A DNA stretch of 64,000 nt from Alphaproteobacteria bacterium (GTDB taxonomy: Bacteria > Pseudomonadota > Alphaproteobacteria > RF32 > CAG-239): assembly GCA_015062305.1 (NCBI GenBank), contig SUUX01000003.1, forward strand, positions 74,160 to 138,159, read 5' to 3'. The notes beneath the pieces are model-generated. The model saw only the letters and a list, made by a program, of their open reading frames with translations, made no database searches and was not told the origin of the DNA. Below are positions 31,441-41,218 of this stretch, piece after piece (the first letter of the stretch is position 1; each line of letters opens with the position of its first letter). The translations under genes and the position numbers were made by a program.

Positions 31441-32028
31441 ATGAACACAAAAGAATTAAAGCGTTTGCTCAAGGGCAATGTAAAGGCGGCAAAAGCCTAT
31501 TATGATGAAAACTTTCCTTTGAACAATGACAGCATAATTGACAATAGAGATTTTGTTTTGAAGTCTTTTGTCGAATTGACAACAAACAGTCCATATTTGT
31601 TGGTCGGTAATGAGGAAAAGTTGGTTGATTTTGTTTCGGATGTGGCTCAATATGTAATTGATTTTACAGTATTGTCCCGTGGTGGAAACAGAGATTCTGT
31701 TTATGCTGTGATAGGGTTGTTGGGTGTGTTGCCAATATCAGAATATTTTTTGCAGAACGCATCTGACGAAAAAGATGTGTATCTAACTGAAAAGTTGAAT
31801 CCTGTGATAAAATTGGCGCTTCAAGGGCAGTTGCATCATGAAGAACTGGTTAAGTTTTTTGAGACCATCTTGCCTTCGTGGAGCAAATCTTATCCGAGGA
31901 CAATGAGAATGATATACTCCAATTTGTATATTGTTAATACATTGTCGGCGAAAAGAAATGTTCCTGAAAAAAGAGCTGAGTGGGAAGAGCTTTACAAGAA
32001 ATTTGTTCCTGTGGAGTGGCAACATTAA
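31441..32028 (+). CDS. Hypothetical protein (195 aa)
   Basis: Starts 2 nt after the previous stop and is followed by a strong terminator. No recognisable motif. Confidence 0.5.
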   Translation: MNTKELKRLLKGNVKAAKAYYDENFPLNNDSIIDNRDFVLKSFVELTTNSPYLLVGNEEKLVDFVSDVAQYVIDFTVLSRGGNRDSVYAVIGLLGVLPISEYFLQNASDEKDVYLTEKLNPVIKLALQGQLHHEELVKFFETILPSWSKSYPRTMRMIYSNLYIVNTLSAKRNVPEKRAEWEELYKKFVPVEWQH

Positions 32029-32039
32029 GTAGTTGAAAA

Positions 32040-32072
32040 AAAGAGCCTGTCAAATGACGGGCTCTTTTTTTG
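32040..32072 (+). terminator. Rho-independent terminator ending the 3-gene operon
   Basis: agagcctgtcaaatgacgggctct followed by ttttttt. Confidence 0.7.
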
Positions 32073-32297
32073 TACTAAAGGTATATTTAAGAATCGAATT
32101 TTGAGATTATTTGTTTTTTATGATTTAGTTTTTAAAAACAGAAAAAAATTCTAAAAAAAAACAAAAAATAACAGATTTGTTCACTTTTTTGAGGAGTTAT
32201 TATTTTTGTTATTGAAAATTAAATTTTTATTGCTTAAGTTAATGCTGTATTAGTTATTTAACGATTACAAATATTAAAACCATATGGAGATAATAAA

Positions 32298-32759
32298 ATG
32301 AAAAAACTTTTGAGTTTGTTCTGCGCAGTAATTGCGTTGTCTGGCTGTTCTGCATTGAGCGAGAGCTCTTTGTTTGGTGGTAGTGAGTGCGAATCTAAAA
32401 TGGCTCGTGACTTCATGGAGCATGCAGAAGATAGAGTATTCTTTGCTTATGATAGCTCTGCTATTAGCCCAGATTCAGCTGAAATCTTGGATACTCAAGT
32501 TAAATGGTTGAAGAAACATGAAAATGTAAACGTTGTTGTTCAAGGTTACTGCGATGAGCGCGGTACACGTGAATACAACTTGGCTTTGGGTGAGCGTCGT
32601 GCCAATGCTGTTAAACAGTTCTTGGTATCTCAGGGCGTAGCTGCTGACCGCGTTTCTACCATTTCTTATGGTAAAGAGCGTCCTGCAGTTTTGGGCAGCA
32701 ACGAAGCTGCTTGGGCTCAAAACCGTCGTGCCGTTACAGTTATCAAAGCTGGTAACTAA
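32298..32759 (+). CDS. pal: Peptidoglycan-associated lipoprotein Pal
   Basis: Lipobox LSGC and an OmpA-like domain (FAYDSSAISPD...NLALGERRANAV). Confidence 0.85.
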   Translation: MKKLLSLFCAVIALSGCSALSESSLFGGSECESKMARDFMEHAEDRVFFAYDSSAISPDSAEILDTQVKWLKKHENVNVVVQGYCDERGTREYNLALGERRANAVKQFLVSQGVAADRVSTISYGKERPAVLGSNEAAWAQNRRAVTVIKAGN

Positions 32760-32781
32760 TTCACGTTTGGTGAGTTGAAGA

Positions 32782-32811
32782 AAAGCGTGCTCTGTTGAGT
32801 GCGCTTTTTTT
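32782..32811 (+). terminator. Rho-independent terminator after pal
   Basis: aaagcgtgctc ... gagtgcgcttt hairpin (with G-U pairs) followed by a T-run. Confidence 0.55.
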
Positions 32812-32874
32812 GTGCTTGTTATTATTGAAAAAGTGCTCTAGATTATACGCAAATGTTTTGTCTTTATAAAAGAG

Positions 32875-33726
32875 GTGGATATGAAGTTTGTTAAAATTGT
32901 TTTATTGTCTTCTGTTTTAATGTTTCCTTTTAGTGCTAGTGCAAATAATGCTATGCAAATGGAAATTGATCAGTTGCGAGAAGAATTGCAAGTGTTGCAA
33001 AGAAAATCTTATCGTGATCAGCAAGATGGGATTGTGCCTGCTTCGGCCCAGGATGTGGCTGTGAAATTGGGGCAATTTGATGAAGATTTGCGCAAGGCTA
33101 TAGGAAAAATTGATGAAATGGAATATAAGATTAAAACATTGAATGAGCGTATCGATGTTATGAACAAAGATATAGATGTGAGATTTAAGATGCTGGAGGG
33201 TAAACCTTTGGATGGTGGCGGTTTGGCTAATGCAAAAGTTGAGCCTAAAAAATATTCGGCACCTGTTGCCACAGGAGCCCCGGCTTCTATTGTTGGAGGG
33301 GCAATATCTAAAGGTGATGATTTGCCTGCTGTTAAGACTAAAAGTGCAGATGAAATTTATGCCGAGGCAATGGAAGATTTGCATGCAGGAAAACATGATG
33401 AGGCAGCTCAAAAATTTACATCTTTGATGACTAAGTATCCGGATCATAAATTGGCTGGAAATGCGCAGTATTGGTTGGGTGAGGCTTATTATGCGAAAAA
33501 AGATTATGCAAAAGCTGCAGTGGCTTTTGGTAAAGGTTTGGAAAAATATAAAGATGGAAATAAAGGAGCAGATAGTTTGTTGAAGTTGGGTATGTCTATG
33601 CGTCAGTTGGATAAAAAAACTGAAGCGTGTACGGCTTTTAAGACACTACCAACTGAGTTTCCTAAGGCAGATGAAAGCTTGAAGAAAAAAGCAGCTGACT
33701 TTGCAAAGGCAATGGAGTGCAAGTAG
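32875..33726 (+). CDS. cpoB: Tol-Pal system protein YbgF/CpoB
   Basis: Signal peptide, an N-terminal coiled coil (QLREELQVLQ), and C-terminal TPR repeats (NAQYWLGEAYYAKKDYAKA). Conserved position after pal. Confidence 0.75.
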   Translation: MDMKFVKIVLLSSVLMFPFSASANNAMQMEIDQLREELQVLQRKSYRDQQDGIVPASAQDVAVKLGQFDEDLRKAIGKIDEMEYKIKTLNERIDVMNKDIDVRFKMLEGKPLDGGGLANAKVEPKKYSAPVATGAPASIVGGAISKGDDLPAVKTKSADEIYAEAMEDLHAGKHDEAAQKFTSLMTKYPDHKLAGNAQYWLGEAYYAKKDYAKAAVAFGKGLEKYKDGNKGADSLLKLGMSMRQLDKKTEACTAFKTLPTEFPKADESLKKKAADFAKAMECK

Positions 33727-34782
33727 TTGCAGAATTTTTTGAAAAAATATCAGTTGCAAAATGAAGTTATCGCCGCCGGAGTTTCTGGCGGTGCTGACTC
33801 TTTGGCGCTGGTGTTGCGTTTGAAAGATTGTGGAGCCAAAGTGGTGGCTTTGACTGTTGATCATGGTTTGCGCCCGTCATCTGCAAAAGAAGCAGAATAT
33901 GTGGCTGAATTGATGAAAAAAAATGAAATTGAGCATCATGTTTTGACTTGGGAAGGAGAGAAACCTTTGACAGGGATTGAAGCTGCGGCCAGAAAGGCTC
34001 GATATGCGTTGTTGTTTGCATGGTGTAAAGAACATGGAATAAAATATTTGGCGGTTGGACATCATAGACGAGATCAAGCAGAGACATTTTTATTGCGATT
34101 GCAGCGCGGGAGTGGTTTGTTTGGTTTGTGTGGAATGGCGATGTTTTCAAGGCAAGATGATATGGTGGTGGTGAGACCACAATTGTACGATGATCCTGAT
34201 GATTTGCGAAAATATTTGCAAGAAAAAAATGTGGATTGGGTTGAAGATGAATCTAATTTGTGTGATGATTTTCAGCGTGTTAGAATTAGAAAATTTTTGT
34301 CTGAGCTAGAAGCAAAAATAGGAATATCTGAAAAAAGGTTAGCAAATACAGCCTTGGTTTTGCAAAGAACTAGAAATTATTTTGAAGAAGAAGTAGAAAA
34401 AAGAATTAAAAATCATGTGCGACAGTGGGGCGACAGGGTGTTTTCTTTTTCTGCAAAGGTTATATCAGATTGGCATGCGGAAATTGTATATCGTTTTTTG
34501 GCGGAGTTGCTATGTCGATGCGGTAGGCGTCCGTATGCTCCGGAAGCAGAAGAGTTGTTGCGGCTTATTGATTGTTTGAAAAACTCTGCTTTTAAAGGTT
34601 GTACTCTTAATGGGTGTGAGATTTTTGTTGCTCAAAAAAGATTGTGGGTTGTACCTGAGGATGGTGAGGCTCAGGTGTTGACTAAAATAGAATGGGATAA
34701 ATTTGTGCAAGTGTTTCCTCAATATGCGAATCTTCCATATAAAGTTCGGCGAGCACTATATAATGATATGAAAAAGGTTTGA
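33727..34782 (+). CDS. tilS: tRNA(Ile)-lysidine synthetase
   Basis: PP-loop motif AAGVSGGADSLAL. 351 aa. Confidence 0.8.
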   Translation: MQNFLKKYQLQNEVIAAGVSGGADSLALVLRLKDCGAKVVALTVDHGLRPSSAKEAEYVAELMKKNEIEHHVLTWEGEKPLTGIEAAARKARYALLFAWCKEHGIKYLAVGHHRRDQAETFLLRLQRGSGLFGLCGMAMFSRQDDMVVVRPQLYDDPDDLRKYLQEKNVDWVEDESNLCDDFQRVRIRKFLSELEAKIGISEKRLANTALVLQRTRNYFEEEVEKRIKNHVRQWGDRVFSFSAKVISDWHAEIVYRFLAELLCRCGRRPYAPEAEELLRLIDCLKNSAFKGCTLNGCEIFVAQKRLWVVPEDGEAQVLTKIEWDKFVQVFPQYANLPYKVRRALYNDMKKV

Positions 34783-34783
34783 T

Positions 34784-35257
34784 ATGGCAAAAAAAACTAG
34801 AAAAGAATATATATCTACAGGAGTTGTGGCTCAAAATAGAAGAGCTAATTTCGATTATTTGATTGAAGAAAAATTTGTAGCCGGTTTGGAGTTGACAGGT
34901 ACGGAAGTTAAGTCTTTGCGTTTGGGGCATGCAAATATTAATGATGCATATGGAATAGAAAAAAATGGAGAGCTTTATATTTCTAATATGTTTATTGCAG
35001 AGTATGAAAATAAAGGTTATGCCTCTCATCTTGAAAAAAGAGATAGAAAATTGTTGCTAAAACATAAAGAAATTGTTGATATTATAAATTCGTTGGCTCG
35101 CAAAGGGGCAACTTTGGTGGCAATTCGGTTGTTTTTTAATAATAAAGGTTTAGCCAAGTTAGAAGTTGGATTAGGACGAGGCAAAAAACTGTATGATAAG
35201 AGAGAAACAATTAAGAATCGGGATATTGATAGAAAGATTCGCTTGGCTGATTTTTAG
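34784..35257 (+). CDS. smpB: SsrA-binding protein
   Basis: 157 aa, beginning VAQNRRANFDYLIEEKFVAGLELTGTEVKSLR. Confidence 0.9.
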   Translation: MAKKTRKEYISTGVVAQNRRANFDYLIEEKFVAGLELTGTEVKSLRLGHANINDAYGIEKNGELYISNMFIAEYENKGYASHLEKRDRKLLLKHKEIVDIINSLARKGATLVAIRLFFNNKGLAKLEVGLGRGKKLYDKRETIKNRDIDRKIRLADF

Positions 35258-35733
35258 GTTGAGACAGTGTTTTTGTTTTTGAGGCGTTTGGTTTGAAAAA
35301 AATCTTTGAGAATTTTGCTACATTCTTTTTCTAATATTCCGTAGTGTACGTTGGGGCGGTGGTTGCATGTTAATTGCTCATAGAATTTGACCCCGTTGAT
35401 AACAGCCCCACCCTTGGTGTCTGGGGCTCCAAAATAGAGATTGTTGATGCGAGCAAAAGAAATGGCTGCGGCACACATGGTGCATGGTTCTAGGGTGACA
35501 TATAAATCCATTTCTCTGAGGCGGTTGGTGCCCATTTTTTTGCAGGCTTGTTGAATGGCTCTAATTTCGGCATGAGCTGTCGCATCTTCTATATGTTGGG
35601 TAAGATTGAATGTTTCTGCCAAAATTTCTTGTGTTTGGGGGTTTACAATAATGCATCCGATAGGTACCTCATCTTGAGAGGCTGCTTGTTTGGCTAATTC
35701 TAGAGCTTTTTGCATATATTGGATAGCGTCCAT
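35254..35733 (-). CDS. tadA: tRNA-specific adenosine deaminase
   Basis: CDA zinc motifs HAEIRAI and PCTMCAAAI. Confidence 0.88.
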   Translation of the reverse strand: MDAIQYMQKALELAKQAASQDEVPIGCIIVNPQTQEILAETFNLTQHIEDATAHAEIRAIQQACKKMGTNRLREMDLYVTLEPCTMCAAAISFARINNLYFGAPDTKGGAVINGVKFYEQLTCNHRPNVHYGILEKECSKILKDFFQTKRLKNKNTVST

Positions 35734-35818
35734 GGTATACCTTTTTTGTTGTATTTTAGTTTGTTTATGATAATTCTAAAAACATAATACTATCCTCTAA
35801 GAAAAAGGAAAGCATAAA

Positions 35819-36541
35819 ATGTCTGAGAGATTAGCAAAATATATGGCTCGTTTGGGGGTCTGTTCTAGGCGAGAAGCAGAAGAAATGATAAAACAGGAAC
35901 GAGTGCAGGTGAATGGCGAAGTTGTAAAAACTCCGGCATTTAATGTTGAGGGTAGTGAAAAAATTTTGTTGGATGGGGAGAGGTTGCCTCAGAAAGATAT
36001 TACCAGAGTTTGGTTGTATTATAAGCCAGTGGGATTGGTGACATCACACCGAGATGAAAAGAATCGGCAGACGGTGTTTGCAAATCTGCCGGCAGGATTG
36101 CCCAGAGTGATTTCTGTGGGGCGTTTAGACTTGAATTCTGAAGGACTTTTATTGCTTACGAATAATGGTGAGTTGTCAAGGAAATTAGAATTGCCATCGA
36201 ATGGTTGGTTGCGTAGGTATAAAGTGCGAGTGCATGGTTTTGTAAATGAAAAAAAATTGCAAGACTTAAAAAATGGTACAGAGATTGATGGTGTGAAGTA
36301 TGGGGCTATTAATGCAATTGTTGAGACCAAACAAGGGACAAATACTTGGTTGATGATTACATTAAATGAGGGAAAGAATAGAGAAATTAGGCGTGTGTTA
36401 AAGTCTATTGGTTTGGAGGTATCACGATTGATTAGGGTTTCTTATGGTCCATTCCAGTTGGGGGCTCTGAAAAAAGGTGAGGTTAAAGAAGTTCCGACCA
36501 AAGTGTTAAGAGAACAATTGGGAAATAAGTTTGAATTATGA
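35819..36541 (+). CDS. RsuA/RluB-family pseudouridine synthase
   Basis: S4 domain at the N-terminus (RLAKYMARLGVCSRREAEEMI) and the GRLDLNSEGLLLLTNNGEL catalytic motif. Confidence 0.8.
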   Translation: MSERLAKYMARLGVCSRREAEEMIKQERVQVNGEVVKTPAFNVEGSEKILLDGERLPQKDITRVWLYYKPVGLVTSHRDEKNRQTVFANLPAGLPRVISVGRLDLNSEGLLLLTNNGELSRKLELPSNGWLRRYKVRVHGFVNEKKLQDLKNGTEIDGVKYGAINAIVETKQGTNTWLMITLNEGKNREIRRVLKSIGLEVSRLIRVSYGPFQLGALKKGEVKEVPTKVLREQLGNKFEL

Positions 36542-37080
36542 GAATAATTGGCGGAAAATATAGAGGAAAAAAACTGTATTCTCCTGAGGGAGATATGGTC
36601 AGACCTACATCTGATAAGACAAGAGAGGCTATGTTTAATATTTTGCGCTCACGAAAAGGGTGTGATTTTTCGGGATTGAATTTGTTGGATGTTTTTTGTG
36701 GTAGTGGAGCTTTTTCACTGGAGGCTGTTTCTCAAGGGTTTGGCTTTGTAACATCGGTCGATGTAGATATTAGGAATATTCAGAAAAATGTAAAACTTTT
36801 TGAAGCTGAAAAAAATAAAATAAAGCTTATTCAAACAGATGTTTTGCGTTTAAATATTAAAGATAATAAGTATGATGTGTTGTTTATGGATGCTCCATAT
36901 AATAAAGGTTTGACCGAGCCGGCTCTTGAAAAAGCCGCTTTATGTTTGAGGCAGGGAGCATTGTGCTTGATTGAAGTACACAAAGAAGAGAAGTGTAATC
37001 TTCCTAATGGATATGTGCAGATTGATGAGCGCAAGTATGGTCTGGCGAAAATAATTATTGCCGTTTTTGAGGGAATGTAG
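36538..37080 (+). CDS. rsmD: 16S rRNA (guanine966-N2)-methyltransferase
   Basis: LDVFCGSGAFSLEA and FMDAPY motifs. 180 aa. Confidence 0.8.
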   Translation: MRIIGGKYRGKKLYSPEGDMVRPTSDKTREAMFNILRSRKGCDFSGLNLLDVFCGSGAFSLEAVSQGFGFVTSVDVDIRNIQKNVKLFEAEKNKIKLIQTDVLRLNIKDNKYDVLFMDAPYNKGLTEPALEKAALCLRQGALCLIEVHKEEKCNLPNGYVQIDERKYGLAKIIIAVFEGM

Positions 37081-38143
37081 TTTTTACGGTAACGTTTTCA
37101 ACTGCCAATTTTCCATCCCTATAACTTATGGGAGTGGTTATGGTCAAGTGAGTGTCTTTATCTCTGATTTTGAATGCTTTGGCGTTGAGTAAAATGTTGG
37201 CAACAAATACTCCTTTGCGCTCTAAAATTTGTTTTTCTTGTAGTTCATTTAACATTTCAAGCAAAGCTTTAGACGTTGTTTGTAGATGAATTTGCGGGGT
37301 GAATTTTTCGTTGAAGTTGATGTTGCCTCGGCCAACCATCATAAATGGTTTCCAACTGATGTTGAATGATGGAATGTCAATAAAACCTCCATCGTGGAGC
37401 CAGTTTTCTGCAGCCAGCAAAGTCGAATCATTCGTGTCAAATTTGCCCATAAGGTTAAATTGGGCATAAATGCGCTGGATGTTGGAAGCCAGAGGATAAT
37501 TAATCAATCCGTTTATCTTGATATCTTTAAATTCTACATGCGTTTCCAAACTAGGTATAATTGCTGGAGCTTTAGTATTTATATTAATACTACGAGCTAC
37601 AAATGTTATGTTTCGGATTTTGGCAATGTCTTTGATTTGATTTTCGTCGAAATAGATTTCTATACTTTTGAAATTATAATCTTTGTCATATTTTAGCTCA
37701 ATGGTACTGTTTTGTGTATTAAAATTATAGTTTTGTCTGTCTATGGATAATTTGATATCCGAAGATGTACGGATATTGATTCTTTTGCTGTTGAGCAAAG
37801 ATGTGTTAGCAGTGATATTGTTGAATTTTAAGTTCCAGAGATTTGAGCCTTTAAGATTATATATGCTAAAATCTTCAATTTTAATTAGAGGATAGAAGAA
37901 TATATTATTAAATTCTATTTTTTTGTAAGAGACATCATATCCTGCTTCGTTTAGGGCTGTGATTGTTTTTTGCAAGTCTTGTTTTATTTGTTTGATAGCG
38001 AAATTACGGCTTAGCGTAATGGCGATAAAGGATAACATTATTATAAAAGAAAACAGGCAAGACAAAATTCCTAGTTTGTTTTGGGTGAGCCACTTGATAA
38101 AACGTGAGGCCATAGTGGTTAATTTGTTTTGCCTGTTTAGCAT
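37055..38143 (-). CDS. Hypothetical membrane-anchored protein (362 aa)
   Basis: Single N-terminal TM helix; no recognised domain. Lies adjacent to plsC. Confidence 0.45.
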   Translation of the reverse strand: MLNRQNKLTTMASRFIKWLTQNKLGILSCLFSFIIMLSFIAITLSRNFAIKQIKQDLQKTITALNEAGYDVSYKKIEFNNIFFYPLIKIEDFSIYNLKGSNLWNLKFNNITANTSLLNSKRINIRTSSDIKLSIDRQNYNFNTQNSTIELKYDKDYNFKSIEIYFDENQIKDIAKIRNITFVARSININTKAPAIIPSLETHVEFKDIKINGLINYPLASNIQRIYAQFNLMGKFDTNDSTLLAAENWLHDGGFIDIPSFNISWKPFMMVGRGNINFNEKFTPQIHLQTTSKALLEMLNELQEKQILERKGVFVANILLNAKAFKIRDKDTHLTITTPISYRDGKLAVENVTVKTTFPQKRQ

Positions 38144-38155
38144 ATTTTAGATTCC

Positions 38156-38911
38156 TTAATTTTTATACATGTTTACAGATGTTTGAGGATAGTTCTTTAT
38201 TGTTTCTGTATTTAGTTCTGTACATTTTTGTTCAATTTTTTGTTGTAATTGATTCATGAAATCTTGTTTGCTTAATCCAGAAGGTATTGGCTCCATAAAT
38301 TCGAATATTACTTTTCCGGGATAGCGAAGGAAAGAATTTTTTTTCCAAAATAATCCGGTGTTTGTTGCAATTGGAATTACTGGCAAATTAAGGTGTTGAT
38401 ATAATAATGCAACACCAGGTTTATAATCTGTGGGTTGTCCCGGCTGTTTGCGTGTTCCCTCTGGAAAAATGATGATTGGGCGTTTTTGTGCTATGCGATC
38501 TTGCGCACTACGTAACATGTTTTTCATGGCTTTGGATCCTGCAGAGCGGTCTACCGGTATCATTCCATAAAAATATTGGGCCCAACCAAAAATGGGGATG
38601 TAGGTGAGCTCTTTTTTTAGAATAAAAGAGGCTTTTTTTAGAAAGTTGGTTAGTACATATGTTTCCATAGCTGATTCATGTTTGCCTGCATAGATGACAT
38701 TTTCTTGTTTTATGTATTCTTTGCCGCGAATCTCTATTTTTATGCCAGCAATATAGCGGAGACAAAATACCAAAAAAGGAATAAAACAATAGTTCCAGGT
38801 TTTTATTGTTGCTTTTGGGGAGATTGCTCCAATGATAGAGTTGGTAATGCAACCAATGGCTAATGTTGAATATCCAAAAATGTTAAATAGTAAAGAGCGT
38901 ATATAAAGCAT
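38156..38911 (-). CDS. plsC: 1-acyl-sn-glycerol-3-phosphate acyltransferase
   Basis: IFPEGTR motif and an H-x4-(D/E) block (AGKHESAME). 251 aa. Confidence 0.75.
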   Translation of the reverse strand: MLYIRSLLFNIFGYSTLAIGCITNSIIGAISPKATIKTWNYCFIPFLVFCLRYIAGIKIEIRGKEYIKQENVIYAGKHESAMETYVLTNFLKKASFILKKELTYIPIFGWAQYFYGMIPVDRSAGSKAMKNMLRSAQDRIAQKRPIIIFPEGTRKQPGQPTDYKPGVALLYQHLNLPVIPIATNTGLFWKKNSFLRYPGKVIFEFMEPIPSGLSKQDFMNQLQQKIEQKCTELNTETIKNYPQTSVNMYKN

Positions 38912-39483
38912 TAGTTACCTCTTGAAAAAAAGTTACATCTGATATAGGCATATAAAAATTTATTATATTCTTTGAAAAGAAGCGAGAAACTATGCCAACT
39001 AGTCCACCATTTTTTTGCTACTTTGTCGGAATATACAGGGTGAGGAATGATTTTTAGATTGGGAGCTTGTTCTCGAAATTCGGCTAAGCTGCGGTCAACG
39101 TGATAATTAGAAGTGACTAAGCGAATGGAATTGATGTTATTTTTTTTGAGCCAAGTAACGGTTTCTTGGGCATTGCCAATAGTGTCTTGTGCTTGGCGAC
39201 CAATGCTGACTTTTTGTGTGCTGTTTAGGTGCAGATTTTGTTTGGTAATAATGTCTTCTAGGGAATTATTGGGGCTGACACCAGAGATGAACAGTTTTTG
39301 AGCTTTCCCTTGGTTGAGCAATTTGACGGCTTCTGCGATACGATATCGGCCACCGGTGAGGGCTATGATTGCCTCTGTTTGCGTGTTAGTATCAATAGTG
39401 TAATGATTGATTCGATGTGCAAATATGGTAAAACCGGCTAGCCAGGTTAATAGTATAAAAAATGTGAATAGAGCTTTTTTCAT
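38911..39483 (-). CDS. DUF218 (YdcF/ElyC-like) domain protein
   Basis: LTGGRYRIAEAVKLLNQGKAQKLFISGV. Signal/anchor MKKALFTFFILLTWLAGF. Its start overlaps the upstream stop as TAATG. Confidence 0.6.
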   Translation of the reverse strand: MKKALFTFFILLTWLAGFTIFAHRINHYTIDTNTQTEAIIALTGGRYRIAEAVKLLNQGKAQKLFISGVSPNNSLEDIITKQNLHLNSTQKVSIGRQAQDTIGNAQETVTWLKKNNINSIRLVTSNYHVDRSLAEFREQAPNLKIIPHPVYSDKVAKKWWTSWHSFSLLFKEYNKFLYAYIRCNFFSRGN

Positions 39484-40397
39484 TATAACATCTTTTGTAA
39501 AGTACGTTTGACTGTGTAATAGGCTGTATACATTGATATTCCCATTGCAAAGAACGGAAGAATCATTATGGTAATCCAATCTAAAATGCTTAGGTTGGCT
39601 TCACTGATAATTCCGCCCTCAATTTGTGTGGCGAGAGAGCCGATAAAAAATATCGTAGGAATTGAAAACAGCAAGCCGCATACACCACCAATTAGGCCTA
39701 AAAAACCCATGCGTTTTGCGTATTGTTGTGCGATATAGGCATCTTTGGCGCCCATGATGTGTAATATTTCTATGATGTTGCGGTGCAAGCCTAAGCTCAT
39801 TTGCGTAGTATAGAAAATGGCCCCGGCAGATATGGCGATAACAAGTAATAACACTGTTGTTGCTATTAATTTAAGGCCATCGGCAAATTGAATTAATTTA
39901 CTTAGCCATAGTTTATGATTATCTAAAGATGCTTGTGGTGATGCAATGGCTAGCTCTTGTGCTAATTTGATAAAATTTATATCTGCATCGGGAGATATTT
40001 TGACGTCAATAATACGCGGTATTGGAAGGTTGTCGATGTTTACACCATCTCCTAACCATGGTTGAATAAGATTTTTTAGTTGTTCATCATTAAGAGGAGT
40101 TACTTTGGTTATGCCTTTTACGTTTTGTAAAAATTCAACAGCTTTATCTTGATAGGCAAGGGTTTCTGCTGCCGCTTTTTCTGGGTTGCTGTCATTAATG
40201 GGCATTATTTGTACGGTTAGAGAGCCTAGGATACTTTGATTCCAGTTTTCAAGAATCGAGTTGATGGATAATACACCGGACAAAGTAATGGCAAAAATAA
40301 ATACGGCAATAGATATTATTACTTGTAAAAACAGGCTGGTGTTGTCACCTTTAAGAGGTAATTCCTGCTTGCGAGTTATATACATAGGCTTAGGCAT
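39483..40397 (-). CDS. ftsX: Cell-division ABC transporter permease FtsX
   Basis: 304 aa. Four-TM FtsX topology with a large periplasmic loop. Overlaps ftsE. Confidence 0.8.
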   Translation of the reverse strand: MPKPMYITRKQELPLKGDNTSLFLQVIISIAVFIFAITLSGVLSINSILENWNQSILGSLTVQIMPINDSNPEKAAAETLAYQDKAVEFLQNVKGITKVTPLNDEQLKNLIQPWLGDGVNIDNLPIPRIIDVKISPDADINFIKLAQELAIASPQASLDNHKLWLSKLIQFADGLKLIATTVLLLVIAISAGAIFYTTQMSLGLHRNIIEILHIMGAKDAYIAQQYAKRMGFLGLIGGVCGLLFSIPTIFFIGSLATQIEGGIISEANLSILDWITIMILPFFAMGISMYTAYYTVKRTLQKML

Positions 40398-41103
40398 CGG
40401 AACCTCCTATGGAACTTTTATCTGCAGGATATAAAAGATGTAGTCCTCTATTTTGTAAGTGTAGGCGAGGGTAGTTAAAATCATTTATCAGTTTATCACT
40501 ATGTGTGGCAATAACGACGGTTGTACCAAGTTTGTTTAATTCAACAAAAAGTTTCATGAGTTTGGGGGCAATGAAATTATCTACGTTTCCGGTAGGTTCG
40601 TCTGCCAAAAGAAGTTCCGGCCTGTTGATTACAGCTCTGGCGATGGCGATACGTTGCTTTTCTCCACCAGATAAAGTGGAGGCGGCATCTAGCATGTGGT
40701 TATCCAGTTCAACCCAACTAAGAAGTTCGTTTACTCTTTTGCGAACCTCTGTTTCACTCATGCCACAGACACGCAAGGGAAGTGCAACATTGTCAAAAGC
40801 GCTAAGATGTTCTAAAAGGCGAAAATCTTGAAAAACAACACCTATGCGGCGTCTGAGAAAAGCCAACTCATCACGGTTGGCAAAATTGACGTCTTTGCCA
40901 AAAACACGAACGTGTCCACGGCTTGCTTTTTGAGAAAGATACATCATACTTAGGAGAGAGGTTTTGCCTGCTCCGCTTTTGCCAGTGAGAAAGTGAAAAG
41001 ATCCTCGGCGTAAAGAAAGCTTGATATCACTAAGAATCTCAGGCCCTTGATCGTAGCGAATTCCTACATTTTGCATTTCAATAATACTATTGTTATTAGG
41101 CAA
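40390..41103 (-). CDS. ftsE: Cell-division ABC transporter ATPase FtsE
   Basis: Walker A GKSGAGKT, signature LSGGEKQR, Walker B LLLADEP. 237 aa. Confidence 0.85.
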   Translation of the reverse strand: MPNNNSIIEMQNVGIRYDQGPEILSDIKLSLRRGSFHFLTGKSGAGKTSLLSMMYLSQKASRGHVRVFGKDVNFANRDELAFLRRRIGVVFQDFRLLEHLSAFDNVALPLRVCGMSETEVRKRVNELLSWVELDNHMLDAASTLSGGEKQRIAIARAVINRPELLLADEPTGNVDNFIAPKLMKLFVELNKLGTTVVIATHSDKLINDFNYPRLHLQNRGLHLLYPADKSSIGGSDA

Positions 41104-41218
41104 GATTTGTCTCCTGTTATTTTAATGAAATTAGGATATAACAATTTTATTTTTAATAAAGTGTTTTTTTGCTTTGATTAAACGCTTTTTCATTTTATAT
41201 TAGCGATAGAGGTGAAAA

